From positions 13,330,001 to 13,394,000 of the forward strand of contig NC_082709.1 of NCBI RefSeq assembly GCF_030144855.1: a stretch of DNA of 64,000 nt. The letters run 5' to 3'. The translations under genes were made by a program, and so were the position numbers. Source of the DNA: Hypanus sabinus (taxonomy: Eukaryota). Below, piece by piece: positions 49,935-61,548 of this stretch (within the stretch, counting starts at the first letter, position 1; every line of letters starts with the position of its first letter). Below the pieces are notes generated by a model that worked only from the letters and a program-made list of their open reading frames with translations, ran no database searches and was not told where the DNA came from.

Positions 49935-50857
49935 TGATCCAAGATGGCGGCACGACGCAGCTTGCAGCGGCCACTCCGGAGCTGATTATCTGTTATTTGT
50001 GAAGTGAGGTGCCGTGCGCAATCATAATCGATTGAAAACGGATGTGGGAGCACGGAGGAACATCGGGAAATCTCCAAGAAGACCTTCTTCATTGCTGCTG
50101 CTGCTGTGAGGTCCAGAATTCTGCTGGGAAGAACAGGGCTCCAGTCCTCAGGGTCGTGTTGCCGATGGCCATTGGCGGGGGCGTCTTAATACGCTTGGCA
50201 GAGGATGGTGCTCAGAGAAGCTGTGCCGGAGGGGATGGTCATCGGCTCAGAGGTTCAATGGACTCAGAGTCCACTGCGGTCAGGTCGCTTTCATTGTGTG
50301 CTGCGTCTGTGAGGCTGGTTTTGACGGAGCTTTCATTGTGTACTGCGTCTGTGAGGCTGAGTCGGGCGGTGCCTTGAAAGTCCATAGCGGGGGTATTCCC
50401 TTCTGCCGCCGGTGTGGGATGGCGAGTCTGTTGGGACCCTGGGGACTTGTGGAAACTGCGGTGATTTCTTTTGAACTTATAGTACTTTAACATCTTTGGA
50501 CTATTTTTACTGTGCCCATGGTGTTTTTTTTTATCAGTTATGCTATTGTTTGCACTGTTGCAACTATATGCTGTAACTATGTGGTTTTGTGCAGGTCTTG
50601 TAGCTTTAGTTTTTGGTCTTGTTTGTCTGGTGGGATTGGAGCTCCTTTCTGGGGAACGCGCTAAGACGGTAGCTCAATATTAATACGCATCATCCTCTCC
50701 GGACTCTGGATTGGGGATTGCCAAACGTTATGTGGATTTTCTGGTGTAGTCTGTTTTGTCATATGCTTTTGTGATATCATTCTGGAGGAACGTTGTCTCA
50801 TTTTTTAACTGCATTGCACTTGTGGTTTCTAAATGACAATAAACTGAATCTGAATCT
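49935..50857 (+). mobile_element. Non-coding retroelement with GC-rich head and LINE-type (tgaatc)n tail
   Basis: Begins ccaagatggcggc; ends aatgacaataaactgaatctgaatc, similar in style to Rex tails; no RT ORF. Confidence 0.55.
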
Positions 50858-51757
50858 AATAAACTCAAATAAATGGCATTAAGGTGCATCAAGACCTGCC
50901 GCTACTTGATGATTCTCGCTGGTCTGAAGGGTTCATAACATTCAGGTAAGCCTGCCAGTTCTCCAAGCACTGTGCTATGCTGGCCACTGAGGCTTTATTG
51001 GTAAGCTACTTCTCCATTTGTTTCCTATGGAGCAGATCTCACGTGTAGCCTCACCCTCTGGTGAGCTGTTACATGGGGAATCCTGGGCCAGCTTAGTGCC
51101 ACAAAGTTGTGTAGAATTGTGTATGGAGATCAGTACTTGAGCTGGGTGCAATATCAGAATAACAGACAGGCTTTCTCTTTCTTTGATGTTCTCCTGGTCA
51201 GGATGCAAATAGGAATACTTACCTGAATGAAAGAAGAAACAGAGACTAGGATGATGATAAGAGGTGTACACCATCCTGCATATCAGAAGAGAATGTTTCA
51301 TCTGAGGGAAATGGGATAAGAAGGGAGGTGAGGTATGAAAAATATTGGGGCTTCAGTAACTTCTATCCTGGGCTCAAACTCACAAGATCACAGTATGATT
51401 ACAGCTTGGAAGGAGGCAATTCAGCTTGCTGAATCAATGGCCAGCACGCACTCCTTTATACTGATGGGCCAGTGGATGTTCTGATGGGGCTGCCAGTGCT
51501 AATTTGTTCCCTTATCCGGCTGGAGCAAGGAGCCGGGTGTGAACGCGATTCAGTGTTTCTGGCTAAAGTAACCACCATGTTTGGAAGCTGGAAGTTTATG
51601 TGATTGTGAAATGTGCGTATTGAGACTGAGGTGATGTCAAGTTTCTGAGGTTGAATGGTCAAAGTGAATGTTAAGCATGAATCCTAACAATAGATATTTT
51701 TTAGGTGAGCAATGAGTGTTCCATATTATGAAGAACGCTGGGAATTGTGAAGATGTA

Positions 51758-52301
51758 TAGTACTACGCAAAAGTCTCAGGCACATATATATTTAGCTAGG
51801 ATGCCTAAGATTTTTGCACAGTACTGTGGTGATTTTATGTATTGCACTGTACTGCTCCTGCAAAAAAAAAGGATTTCATGACATGTGTGAGTGATGATAC
51901 ACCTGATTCTGATATGGTCTCTATTGTGGACTGAGTGGGAAGGGGTCAGGGAGAGGGAAATCAAGGTTGGGAAAAGGGGAAGGGAGGGGGGAGGGATTGG
52001 GAAGCATCAGAGAGACATTCTGTAATGATCAATAAGCCAACTGTTTGGAATCAATTGACCTTGCCTGGTGTCTCAGGGCTGGGTGTGTCTGCAGCTTCGT
52101 CACCTCGCCCATGGCACTCCCTCTCTGCCACCTGTCCCACACCCCTCTTGCGATGCTGCCCCCTTGCGTGCCCAATATCCTTTACTCCTGTAGGATTTAT
52201 AAACTCGTTCTCCACTCCATGTTGACAAGTACAGTACTGTGAAAAAAGCTTTAGAAACCCTAACTATATATATGTGTGACGAAGACTTTTGCACAGTACT
52301 G
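51758..52301. mobile_element. Tc1-type MITE pair or composite non-autonomous DNA transposon
   Basis: Two ~70-bp palindromes (51758-51826, 52232-52301) with cagtactgtgcaaaagtctt-type TIRs in inverted relative orientation; TA at 51756-51757 and 52302-52303. Confidence 0.7.
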
Positions 52302-52744
52302 TATTTATTGATGTTTTCGATGGCTGTAACCATGCGGAAGCACATTGAACTTTATCCCACACTGTGCTCCGGATGCTTCATTCCATGCTTTAGGTGTATT
52401 AATGACCTCTCACTTGTGATTCGTGGGAGAGCTGGCTGTCTTCCCAGTGAACCTCTCTCCTCTTTTTCACTGTAAATTGTATCATTGAACAGCTTGTAAA
52501 TCAGATTGCCCATTTTCTGTCCTGGTGCAACATGAGTTGCATCAAAGTGATTTTCTGTATCAATTAAAGGCTATCCTCTAAAAAGGACAAGCCTGACTTC
52601 AATTAATGATATCTGATACTAAACCTGTATTAGCCACTCAAAACAGTATCCTGTGTATAAATGTAAACACATTAGATACTACACTGAGCCAAAATGCCAT
52701 GGATTAGTCAACACCTGTGGAAAAACAATCTGAATTAATTTAAG

Positions 52745-53262
52745 CTCAAGAAATTCTGCATAGGCTGGAAACCGTGAGCAACACAGACAAGGTGCTGGAG
52801 GACTCAGCAAGTCAAGCTGATGTTTGGGCTGAGACCCTTCATCAGGACTGGAAAGAAAGGGGGAAGTAGCCAGAATAGGAATGAGGATGGAGGGGATGGA
52901 GTGCAAGCTGACAGGTAATAGATGAGGGGAAAGGTGCGCTGATGGTGGGGTGGGGGATGAAATAAGAAGCTTGGAGGTGATGGGGGTAAAGGTAAAGGGC
53001 TGAGGAAGAAGGAATCTGATAAGAGTGGAGTGAGGACCATGGGAGAAAGGGAAGGAAGAGGAGCACCAGAGGAAGGTGATGAGCAGGAGAGGGGAACACA
53101 ACAGGAAAGGAGAGCCTGATGGAAATTAGAAAAAAAGAGGGGGGGGGGGAGAAATTACCAGAAGTTAGAGAAATCTATGTTCTTGCCATCATGTTGGAGG
53201 TTACCCAAACAGAATACGAAGTGTTGCTCCTCTAACTTGAGTGTGGCCTCATCATGGCATAG
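52745..53262 (-). mobile_element. Penelope-like element fragment (pLTR plus adjacent sequence)
   Basis: Homologous to the 23052 left arm; purine-rich tract on the plus strand; minus-strand cagtcCTGATGAagggtctcagccc. Confidence 0.7.
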
Positions 53263-53637
53263 AAAAATTAATATCTCAGGCAGAGCACCTTTGTCAGGCT
53301 TGTTGAGTGTTTCCCACATTTCATGTTTTTATTTCATATTTCCACCATCTGCAGGGTTTCCTTTGATAATCATATATTTCTGAATAATATATGACTGAAA
53401 AAATGATTATTAAAGATTAATAAGGGTAATAGAGATTAAAATGTTTAAATTAAAGGTATACAGAAGGAATAAATAGATGCAATAGATTTAAATAGACATT
53501 GCATAGTGACCAGCAGTCACAAACAAGAGAAAATCTGAAGATGCTGGAAATCCAAGCAACACACACAATGCTGGAAGAACTCAGCAGGCCAGGCAGAATC
53601 TATGGAAAAAGGCACAAATGGTGTTTCGGGCCGAGAC

Positions 53638-53995
53638 CATAGAATCATAAAGTTACACTGCACAAAATAGGCCATTCAGCCAAAGGTAGGCCCATTTGCC
53701 TGCATTTGACCCATATTCCTCTAAACCTTTCATCTCCTTGTACCTGTCTAAATGTCTTTCAGAAGTTGTTGTTGTACCTGCCTTTACCACTTCCTCTGGC
53801 TACTCACTCCATATACCCACCATCCTCTTTGTGAGAAACATGCCCCTCAGATCCTCTAAAATATTCCCCTCAGATCTATGTCTTTTAGTTTTGACTCCTT
53901 TACTGAAAGAAAATACAGTGACTATCTACACTATGACCCTCATAATCTTATAAACTTCCTTAAGGGTCACCTCTCAGCCTCCTATGATCCAGGAA
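53638..53995 (-). mobile_element. CR1 3' fragment following a Penelope pLTR fragment (53518-53638)
   Basis: Homology to the other CR1 3' UTRs and PLE arms. Confidence 0.6.
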
Positions 53996-54436
53996 AATAA
54001 GTTAATTACTTTCTAAATAGAGATGGTTTAGGAAGAAGGTGGAATTAATATAATTGAAAAATCATGGTTGAATGAATCACATTGCCTGGACAGATCATCT
54101 TGGTAGAATTAGGTAGAAGAAGAACTTAATAGAATGCATCTGAGACTTTCCAGAGCAGTAATTTCAATCAACAAAGAAACAAATTATTCTTCATCACCTC
54201 GCATGAAAACAGACCAAGTTAGATAATGATCATATAATAAGGATTTCCTTGGGAAGTGTAATCTCATGTATTACACACAAAGTGACAAAGTGTTTGAGGA
54301 ACTCAGCAGGTCAGGTAGCATGTACGGAAATGAATAAACAGTCTACATTTCGGACTGAGACCCTTCTTCAGGGCTTTCATCAAGTTATAGTAGTGAGGTA
54401 AAGGTACTAGAGAAATTGATGACATGGTGGGCTGAT

Positions 54437-54653
54437 TGATGCACCATCAATATCTCTCTCTGAGACGTAAAGGTCAGATATCGGCTTTTATTGACTGGAA
54501 GAAGGAACAAGCAGTGAGTGACCACCATACTACATCCTGGAGACAGAGAGGCTGGGCTCAGGCCTCAATCGCCTTTATACTGGGGTCTGTGGGAGGAGCC
54601 ACAGGAGCAGTCAGCAGGGGGCGTGTCCAGACAGGTATATGTAGTTCACCACA
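54437..54653 (-). repeat. 3' LTR
   Basis: Direct repeat of 58699-58918; TATAAA and AATAAA on the minus strand. Confidence 0.95.
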
Positions 54654-54719
54654 TTCACCCCCCCCCTACCTTTGTTTTAAAAGAGAGTCCCCATGGGACG
54701 AAGTTTCTTACAAGTATAT

Positions 54720-57700
54720 TTACAGGTTAAGTCTATCAGGTGGTCGAATCTGTCGCTGCGATCTACGTAGCGCCGGCTGTGACTGCACAGGTACCGGTGG
54801 TGATTGCACCAGAGACAGAGGTTGTGCTGGTTCCGGCCTGACTGGAGGTGTCAGCTCACTAGGCGTCAGTGATCCCTCACACGTGTGCGAGGCGCCTGGT
54901 ATATACGCGTACGAGACGCCCGGTATAGGAGTGTCATGAGGAGTCTGTGTAGGGCTTGGTGTGCACGGTTTCACCTCAGGTACAGGGTTGATAATTACCG
55001 TGGAGTGTTCGGGGTAGTGGTCTGCTGCTCCTGTGGGCACCAGGTCGCGGACGGAGACCGTGTCCTCCCGCCCATCAGGTAAGACCACGTAGGCATACTG
55101 GGGGTTCACATGTAGAAGGTGAACCCTCTCGACCAGCGGGGAGTATTTATTACTCCTCACATGTTTCCAGAGCAGCCCTGGCCCTGGGGATGTCAGCCAA
55201 GCTGGTAGGGTGGTCCCAGTGGCAGACTTCCTGGGAAAAGAGAATAGGCACTCGTGAGGGGTGGCATTGGTGGACGTACATAACAGGGAGCGGATAGAGT
55301 GTAGTGCATCAGGGAGGACCTCCTGCCATCGAGAGACCGGCAACCCTTTTGACTTAAGGGCTAAAAGTGTGGCCTTCCACACTGTGGCATTCTCCCTCTC
55401 CACCTGTCCATTTCTCCGGGGATTATAACTCGTGGTCCGATTAGTAGCAACGCCCCTAGCTAGCAGGTACCGGCGCAGCTCGTCACTCATAAAGGAGGAC
55501 CCTCTATCACTGTGGATACAGCAGGGATATCCGAACAGAGTGAAGAGCTGGCGCAGGGCTTTTATGACGGATGTGGTAGTGGTGTCGGGGCAGGGGATGG
55601 CAAAGGGGAACCGCGAGTACTCGTCGATAATGTTGAGAAAGTAGACATTGCGGTCGGTGGAGGGAAGGGGGCCCTTAAAGTCAACACTCAGTCACTCAAA
55701 GGGGCGGGTGGCCTTGACAAGTTGCGCCGTTTCAGGATGGTAGAAGTGCGGTTTGCACTCAGCGCAGACTTGGCAGTCCCTGGTCATCGACCTGATGTCC
55801 TCCAGGGAGTACGGCAGGTTCCGGGCTTTCATGAAATGGTAAAATCGGGTGACCCCCGGATGGCAAAGATGTGAATGGAGGGTGTATAGCTGGTCAAACT
55901 GTGCGCTAGCACACGCTCCCCGGGATAGGGCATCAGGGGGTCATTGAGTCTGCCAGGCCGGTACAGGATATCATAGTTGTAGGTGGAGAGTTCTATTCTC
56001 CACCGCAAAATCTTATAATTTTTGATTTTGCCCTACTGTTGGTTGCTGAACAGGAACGCAACTGAGCGCTGGTCGGTCAGCAAGGTGAACCTTTTGCCGG
56101 CGAGATAGTGCCTCCAGTGCCTAATAGCTTCCACTATGGCCTGGGCTTCTTTCTCAACCGCGGAGTGCCGAATTTCAGGGCCTTGAAGGGTACGAGAAAA
56201 GAATGCTACTGGCCTGCCTGCCTGATTGAGGGTAGCAGCAAGCGCGAAATCGGAGGTGTCACTCTCTACTTGGAAGGGAATGGTCTCGTCCACCGCATGC
56301 ATCGTAGCTTTGGCAATGTCCCCTTTAATGCAGCTGATGGCCGCGCAGGCCTCAGCAGAGAGGGGAAAATTGGTAGACTTGATCAGGGGGCGGGCCTTGT
56401 CTGCGTAATGGGGGACCCATTGGGCGTAATAGGAAAAGAAGCCCAGGCACCGTCTGAGGGCTTTGAGAGTGGTGGGAAGACGGAGTTCTAACAGGGGGTG
56501 CATACGGTCGGGATCAGGGCCAATGACCTCGTTTTCCACGACATACCCAAGGATAGCGAGCCGGGTGGTTCCGAACACACACTTGTCCCTATTATAAGTA
56601 AGGTTTAGGGCTTCGGCCACTTGGAAAAATCATTGGAGGTTGGCGTTGTGATCCGGCCAGTCGTGACCACAGATGGTGATATTATCCAGATAGGGAAATG
56701 TGGCCTTCAGTTGGCACTGGTCCACCATCCGGTCCATTTCCCTCTGGAAGACCGAGACACCAAATGGGACACGCAGGAAATGATAGAGCCTGCTGCCTAC
56801 CTTGAAGGCGGTGTAGGGGCGGTCCACTGGGCGGATGGGGAGCTGGTGATAAGTGGATTTCAGATCTATTGTCGAGTACACCTTGTACTGAGCTATCTGG
56901 TTGACCATATCCGCGATGCGGGGTAGAGGGTATGCGTCAAGCTGCGTGAACCTATTGATGGTTTGACTATAGTCCACCACCATCCTATTTTTCTGCCCAG
57001 TCTGAACAACAACCACCTGGGCCCTCCAAGGGCTTGTGTTTGGCTCAATGATCCCCTTCCTGAGCAGCCGCTGCACCTCTGACTGAATGAGGGCTCTGTG
57101 CCCCGCGCTGTACCTCCTGCTTTTAGTTGCCACAGGTTTACATTCGGGGGTCAGGTTGGCGAACAGCGGTGGGGGAGGGATCTTGAGGGTGGAGAGGCTG
57201 CAAGTGGTGTCAGTAGCGCAGCTGTCGGCATGGTGCTGGGTGGGATGTGTGGTTCGGTGTGTGTGCGCGGTCAGTAGCAGGGTATATGGCTAAGTCCCAC
57301 CAAACTGAGGATTCCTGACAGTGAGTGGTGGGAGGGGCCCATCATATGCAATAGTCACACTTTCGAGGTGGCTCTGGAAGTCCAGCCCCAATAGCACAGG
57401 TGCGCACAGTTGAGGCATGACCAGTAGCGCAAAGTTCCGATATTCTGTGCCCTGCACCACCAGTGTCGCTACACAACCCACCCAGATGTCTGTGGAATAT
57501 GAACCAGAAGCCATGGTGACCCTCTGGCTTACCAGCCGTGTCATGAGTCCGCAGCGTTGCACCGTGTCTGGGTTAATAAGACTCTCAGTGCTGCCCGTGT
57601 CAAACAGGCAGCTAGTCCTGTGCCCCTCCACCAGGATGTCCATCATTGTCCTTGCAAGCTGGTGTGGGGTGCTTTGGTCGAGGGTTACGGAGGCCAGAGT

Positions 57701-57790
57701 TGAACCGCTGTCTTGGTGCCCAGTAAGCACCGGTGGGTAGGGGGCAGGGCAGGTTGATGCCGACAAAGATGGCCGCTCACATCCGGGCAT
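54720..57790 (-). pseudogene. Retrotransposon pol (protease, RT, RNase H, integrase) broken by a few stops and frameshifts
   Basis: LFDTGS protease; IDLKSTYHQ and YLDN RT; ESDTSDFALAA...VEKEAQAI RNase H; HHCC zinc finger and NGQVERENAT integrase. Confidence 0.92.
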
Positions 57791-57884
57791 GCAAGATGGC
57801 GGCCCCCATGCCTCGCATGAGGTGGGCAGGCAAGATGGCAGCCCCCATGCCTCACACGCAGCGCTGCCCGACCCCGCTCGTGGT

Positions 57885-58672
57885 TCAGACTTACAGACCT
57901 TGGCAAAATGGCCCTTCTTCCCGCAGCTGGAGCAGGTAGCTTCTCGGGCCAGGCAGCATTTTCAGGGGTGCTTTTCGAGTCCGCAGAAGTAACACTGCGC
58001 GGGCTTTCAACTGGCCGCAGCTGTGGTTGGGTTCGGGGAGTTCGTGGAATCACGACTGGCAGCGGCGTTGGCGAATTCGCTATCGGGAACTGGTAGCAGC
58101 GGGGTCTGAGGCGTCCACGGGACTGGCGGGGGATCGCGCGGCTGGACAGCGTCAGCGTTGTGCAGCATAGCCTCCAGCGTGTCGGCCGTCTCGATCGCCG
58201 AGCGTAAGGTAAGATCGGCATTTTCCAGCAGCCGCTGGTGCACATACACTGACCTGATTCCTGTAACAAAGGCATCTCGTACCAAGAGTTCTGCAGGCTG
58301 TTCCCTTGTGAGAGTTTTGCAGTCACAAGTTTGGACGAGTGTCTGTAGGGCTCGGAGAAACTGGGCACTTGATTCTCCAGGCCGCTGTTGTCGCGTAGCT
58401 AAGCAACGTCTTGCATAGACGGCGTTCACTGGCCGCCGGTACTGTCTTTTGAGGGCATCCAGTGCCCCTTTGTAGGTCGGCAGGCCTCTGATAAGTGAAT
58501 AAACTTTCAGGGTGACCCTCGAGAGGAGAATTCGGTGCATAACAGTGGGGTCAGTTGCACTAACCTCCTCCAAGTATGATTGGAAGCATGCAAGCCAGAG
58601 TTCAAAGGCAAGAGCTTCTTCAGGGTCTTGGGGGTCCAAATCCAATCTTTCTGGATGTAAAACGCTTTCCAT
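57885..58672 (-). pseudogene. Retrotransposon gag (interrupted), with two CCHC-type knuckles
   Basis: MESVLHPERLDLDP...RQQRPGESSAQFLRAL...VRDAFVTGI; downstream CYFCGLEKHP*KC and CSSCGKKGHFAKVC. Confidence 0.85.
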
Positions 58673-58698
58673 GTTTTAAAACTTCCAGTCAATAAAAT

Positions 58699-58918
58699 TG
58701 ATGCACCATCAATAACTCTCTCTGAGACGTTGAAAAGGCGAGATATCGGCTTTTCTTGACTGGAAGAAGGAACAAGCAGTGAGTGACCACCATACTACAT
58801 CCTGGAGACTGAGAGGCCAGGCTCAGACCTCAATCGCCTTTATACCGGGGTCTGTGGGAGGAGCCACAGGAGCAGTCAGCAGGGGGCATGTCCAGACAGG
58901 TATATGTAGTTCACCACA
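58699..58918 (-). repeat. 5' LTR
   Basis: Direct repeat of 54437-54653, 26 nt upstream of the gag ATG. Confidence 0.95.
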
Positions 58919-58923
58919 CTGAT

Positions 58924-59185
58924 GCAGTAGATAAAGCACAACGCTTTACAGTATCAGTGCCCAGGGTGAATCCCCACCGCTGCCTGTAAGGAGCTTGTAC
59001 GTTCTCCCCATGACCACGTGGGTTTCCTCTGGGTGCTCCGGTTTCCTCCCACAGTCCAAAGAGTGTACCAGTTGGGGGTTAATTGGTCATTGTAAATTGT
59101 CCTAGGATTAAGCTAGGATTAAATTGGTGGTTTGCTGGGCAGTATGGTTTGAAGAGCACACTGTATGTCAATAAATAAATAAATA
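58924..59185 (+). mobile_element. V-SINE (HE1-like) whose 5' end abuts the Gypsy insertion site
   Basis: gtttcctcccacagtccaaag V-domain-like segment; (aaat)n tail. Confidence 0.75.
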
Positions 59186-59489
59186 GATATCAGAAATATT
59201 CTCTACATCCGATGACTGATGATATAATGTTGAGAAGGAGATAGTTACAGAGCCTGTGGAATGGAATTTAGTGTAACCAAAGTTGTGATATTTCTAACCT
59301 TGAAATAGTCTAATAGATTTTCCAGTGTGTGAATGAAAATCTTTTATTTTTATGGAATTCTTCTGCTTTAGACCTCTATTCTTGTGGTACAGGTGATACC
59401 ACAACTCTTTATCGCTAAGATCCCTTGCCAGCTAATTCTGCTGTTTTGCGTGGGAGTTGGCACTGAATACAAACGACATGGTGAAATTA

Positions 59490-59695
59490 GGGCTTTAGCT
59501 GACCGGTGGTGTAATGGCATCAGCATCGGACTTCGAGGTGAGTGGTCCCGGGTGCCAATCTGTCTGGCTCCTTACTGGCTTGAACGCCGAGCTAGCAACT
59601 CAGCCTCATATTAAAAAAAACAGACAAAAATGCGAAAGAAATGGCAAGGTTGCCGTTCGTGGTGCCACAAGGCAACGGAAAGGAACAACAAAAAC
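59490..59695 (+). mobile_element. Probable tRNA-headed SINE of a second family
   Basis: ggtggtgtaatgg A-box-like head, decayed B-box, aacaac tail. Confidence 0.45.
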
Positions 59696-60684
59696 ATTAT
59701 GGTAAACAACATGTTAGTGCAGTCACAGGTGATGTTTGCATCACATTTATTTCTGATTTGTGAGTGATAAGGAATTTCTAGACATTAATATTAATAAACC
59801 CTATGCATATTATCTAAAGGTAAGCACTATCCTGGAGCACATTTGTGGTTTATCCCTTAAAAAAAAACAATTTTGAGTGTTAATGGGTTATTACTGACAA
59901 TTTCAGGAAAAAAAGGAAATGCATTCTACTGAAAGGAGATGCATTTCAGGCCAGCCCAGATCCACTGGGAAATCTTCTGATTTTTACTATGTTAAAGTGA
60001 TTCAACAATGTCAGGCAAAATGCATATATTCATTTATAATAAGCATTTCATTTCCTGGCAAAATGTATATAAACAGCAAAATGCTATTGATTTTGATCAA
60101 TGTCAGTATTTTATGAAATGAATGGTCTGCTTTCACTCTGAATTACAGTGAATTTACTGACATTTTACTGGGGATAAAATGGTTGTAATATCAACAGTGT
60201 GATATTGTATTTATTGCTTCAAACATTCATGCAAATAAATACTAGTAAATTTTAACTGTTCAGTGCAACAAATACTAAATAACCCTTGACTGGCTACATT
60301 GAGATGCGAGTTGGTCTTTTGTAACATTAAGAGAACCCTCAGGATATACTCTGTGGGTGGGGGATGGGTGAATGAATGGTATTTAAAAACTACATGCCCA
60401 AAGTATCCATTTTACTTGAACCTAGAGCATTATAGTTTCAAGATTAAATATAAAATTCAATAAAATTGAAATTGAGCATCAGTTATGACACTTCTCAATG
60501 ACCTTTTGTCATTTTATTTCAAAAAGTGTATACACTGTGATACATCTGACATTTCAGGATCATCCAAACTAAGTACAAGCAGTGTTCATCTGAAAGGTAG
60601 GCATTCATAAACAGATACTCACCGAACTGTTGGTGCTGCAAATTCCACTTTCTACGTCAGAGTGATTGCATAACTTAAATCAAA

Positions 60685-60868
60685 NNNNNNNNNNNNNNNN
60701 NNNNNNNNNNNNNNNNNNNNNNNNNNNNNNNNNNNNNNNNNNNNNNNNNNNNNNNNNNNNNNNNNNNNNNNNNNNNNNNNNNNNNNNNNNNNNNNNNNNN
60801 NNNNNNNNNNNNNNNNNNNNNNNNNNNNNNNNNNNNNNNNNNNNNNNNNNNNNNNNNNNNNNNNNNNN
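60685..60868. other. Assembly gap (184 N)
   Basis: Run of N. Confidence 0.99.
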
Positions 60869-61409
60869 TTGTAACAATAAAGATTGGATGGCCTTTGTCT
60901 GGTGGTTTGATTTAATATGACGGCCTGTAATGCTGTAATGATAAATATGGTTACCATTCAAGAAAGGTTTGATTCTGTTGTTGCCATATGTCTCCAGGGG
61001 AATGGTATGGCCAGACTTCAAGTGAAAAGGATGCCTTTACATTTGAGCAATAATTAGTCCTCTTGTGACTCAAACTAATTGAGATGAGGGATATGTTGCT
61101 ATATGTGGATGAGGGGCAGCTAAAGGAAACAACCATGTATGATGCAGCTTACAATTTTTTTAATTTCTTCTCATCTATCTGACTTCAAAGATGGAATATG
61201 TTTTCAATGGAAGCAAATTACAGCTGTTCTCAAAGAAAATATCCAGCTTCATAGAGAACGTTATATGCATATATGTGGACCTAAGTATGTTTTTCAGCTG
61301 ATGTTGATTAAGATCTATGTTTACCAATGTTTGTTACAGGTAATGATTATTGTATATTGATAATGCAAGGATACTTAAACTGCATTTATATCACTGCATT
61401 TAGTAAAAA

Positions 61410-61548
61410 TCAAAAACACAAGTAAGTCTGCTGAGGCTGGAAATCCAAAGCAACGCACACAAAATGCTGTAGGAACTCAGCAGGTCAGGCGGCATCTATG
61501 GAACTGAATAAACAGTCAACATTTGAGGCCAAGGGCCTTCTACAGGGC
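61410..61548 (-). mobile_element. Penelope-like pLTR fragment
   Basis: Homology to the 23052 left arm. Confidence 0.65.

Larger units (their letters stand above)
54437..58918 (-). mobile_element. Near-complete Gypsy/Ty3 LTR retrotransposon (Mag-like gag), mildly disrupted
   Basis: LTRs 54437-54653 and 58699-58918 (TG..CA, about 10 substitutions plus one 3-nt indel); 5-bp TSD ctgat; PPT next to the 3' LTR (54654-54668); order gag-PR-RT-RH-IN. Confidence 0.97.

Noticed and set aside
60652-61021. ORFs spanning the N gap
   Set aside because: Their length is an artefact of undetermined bases
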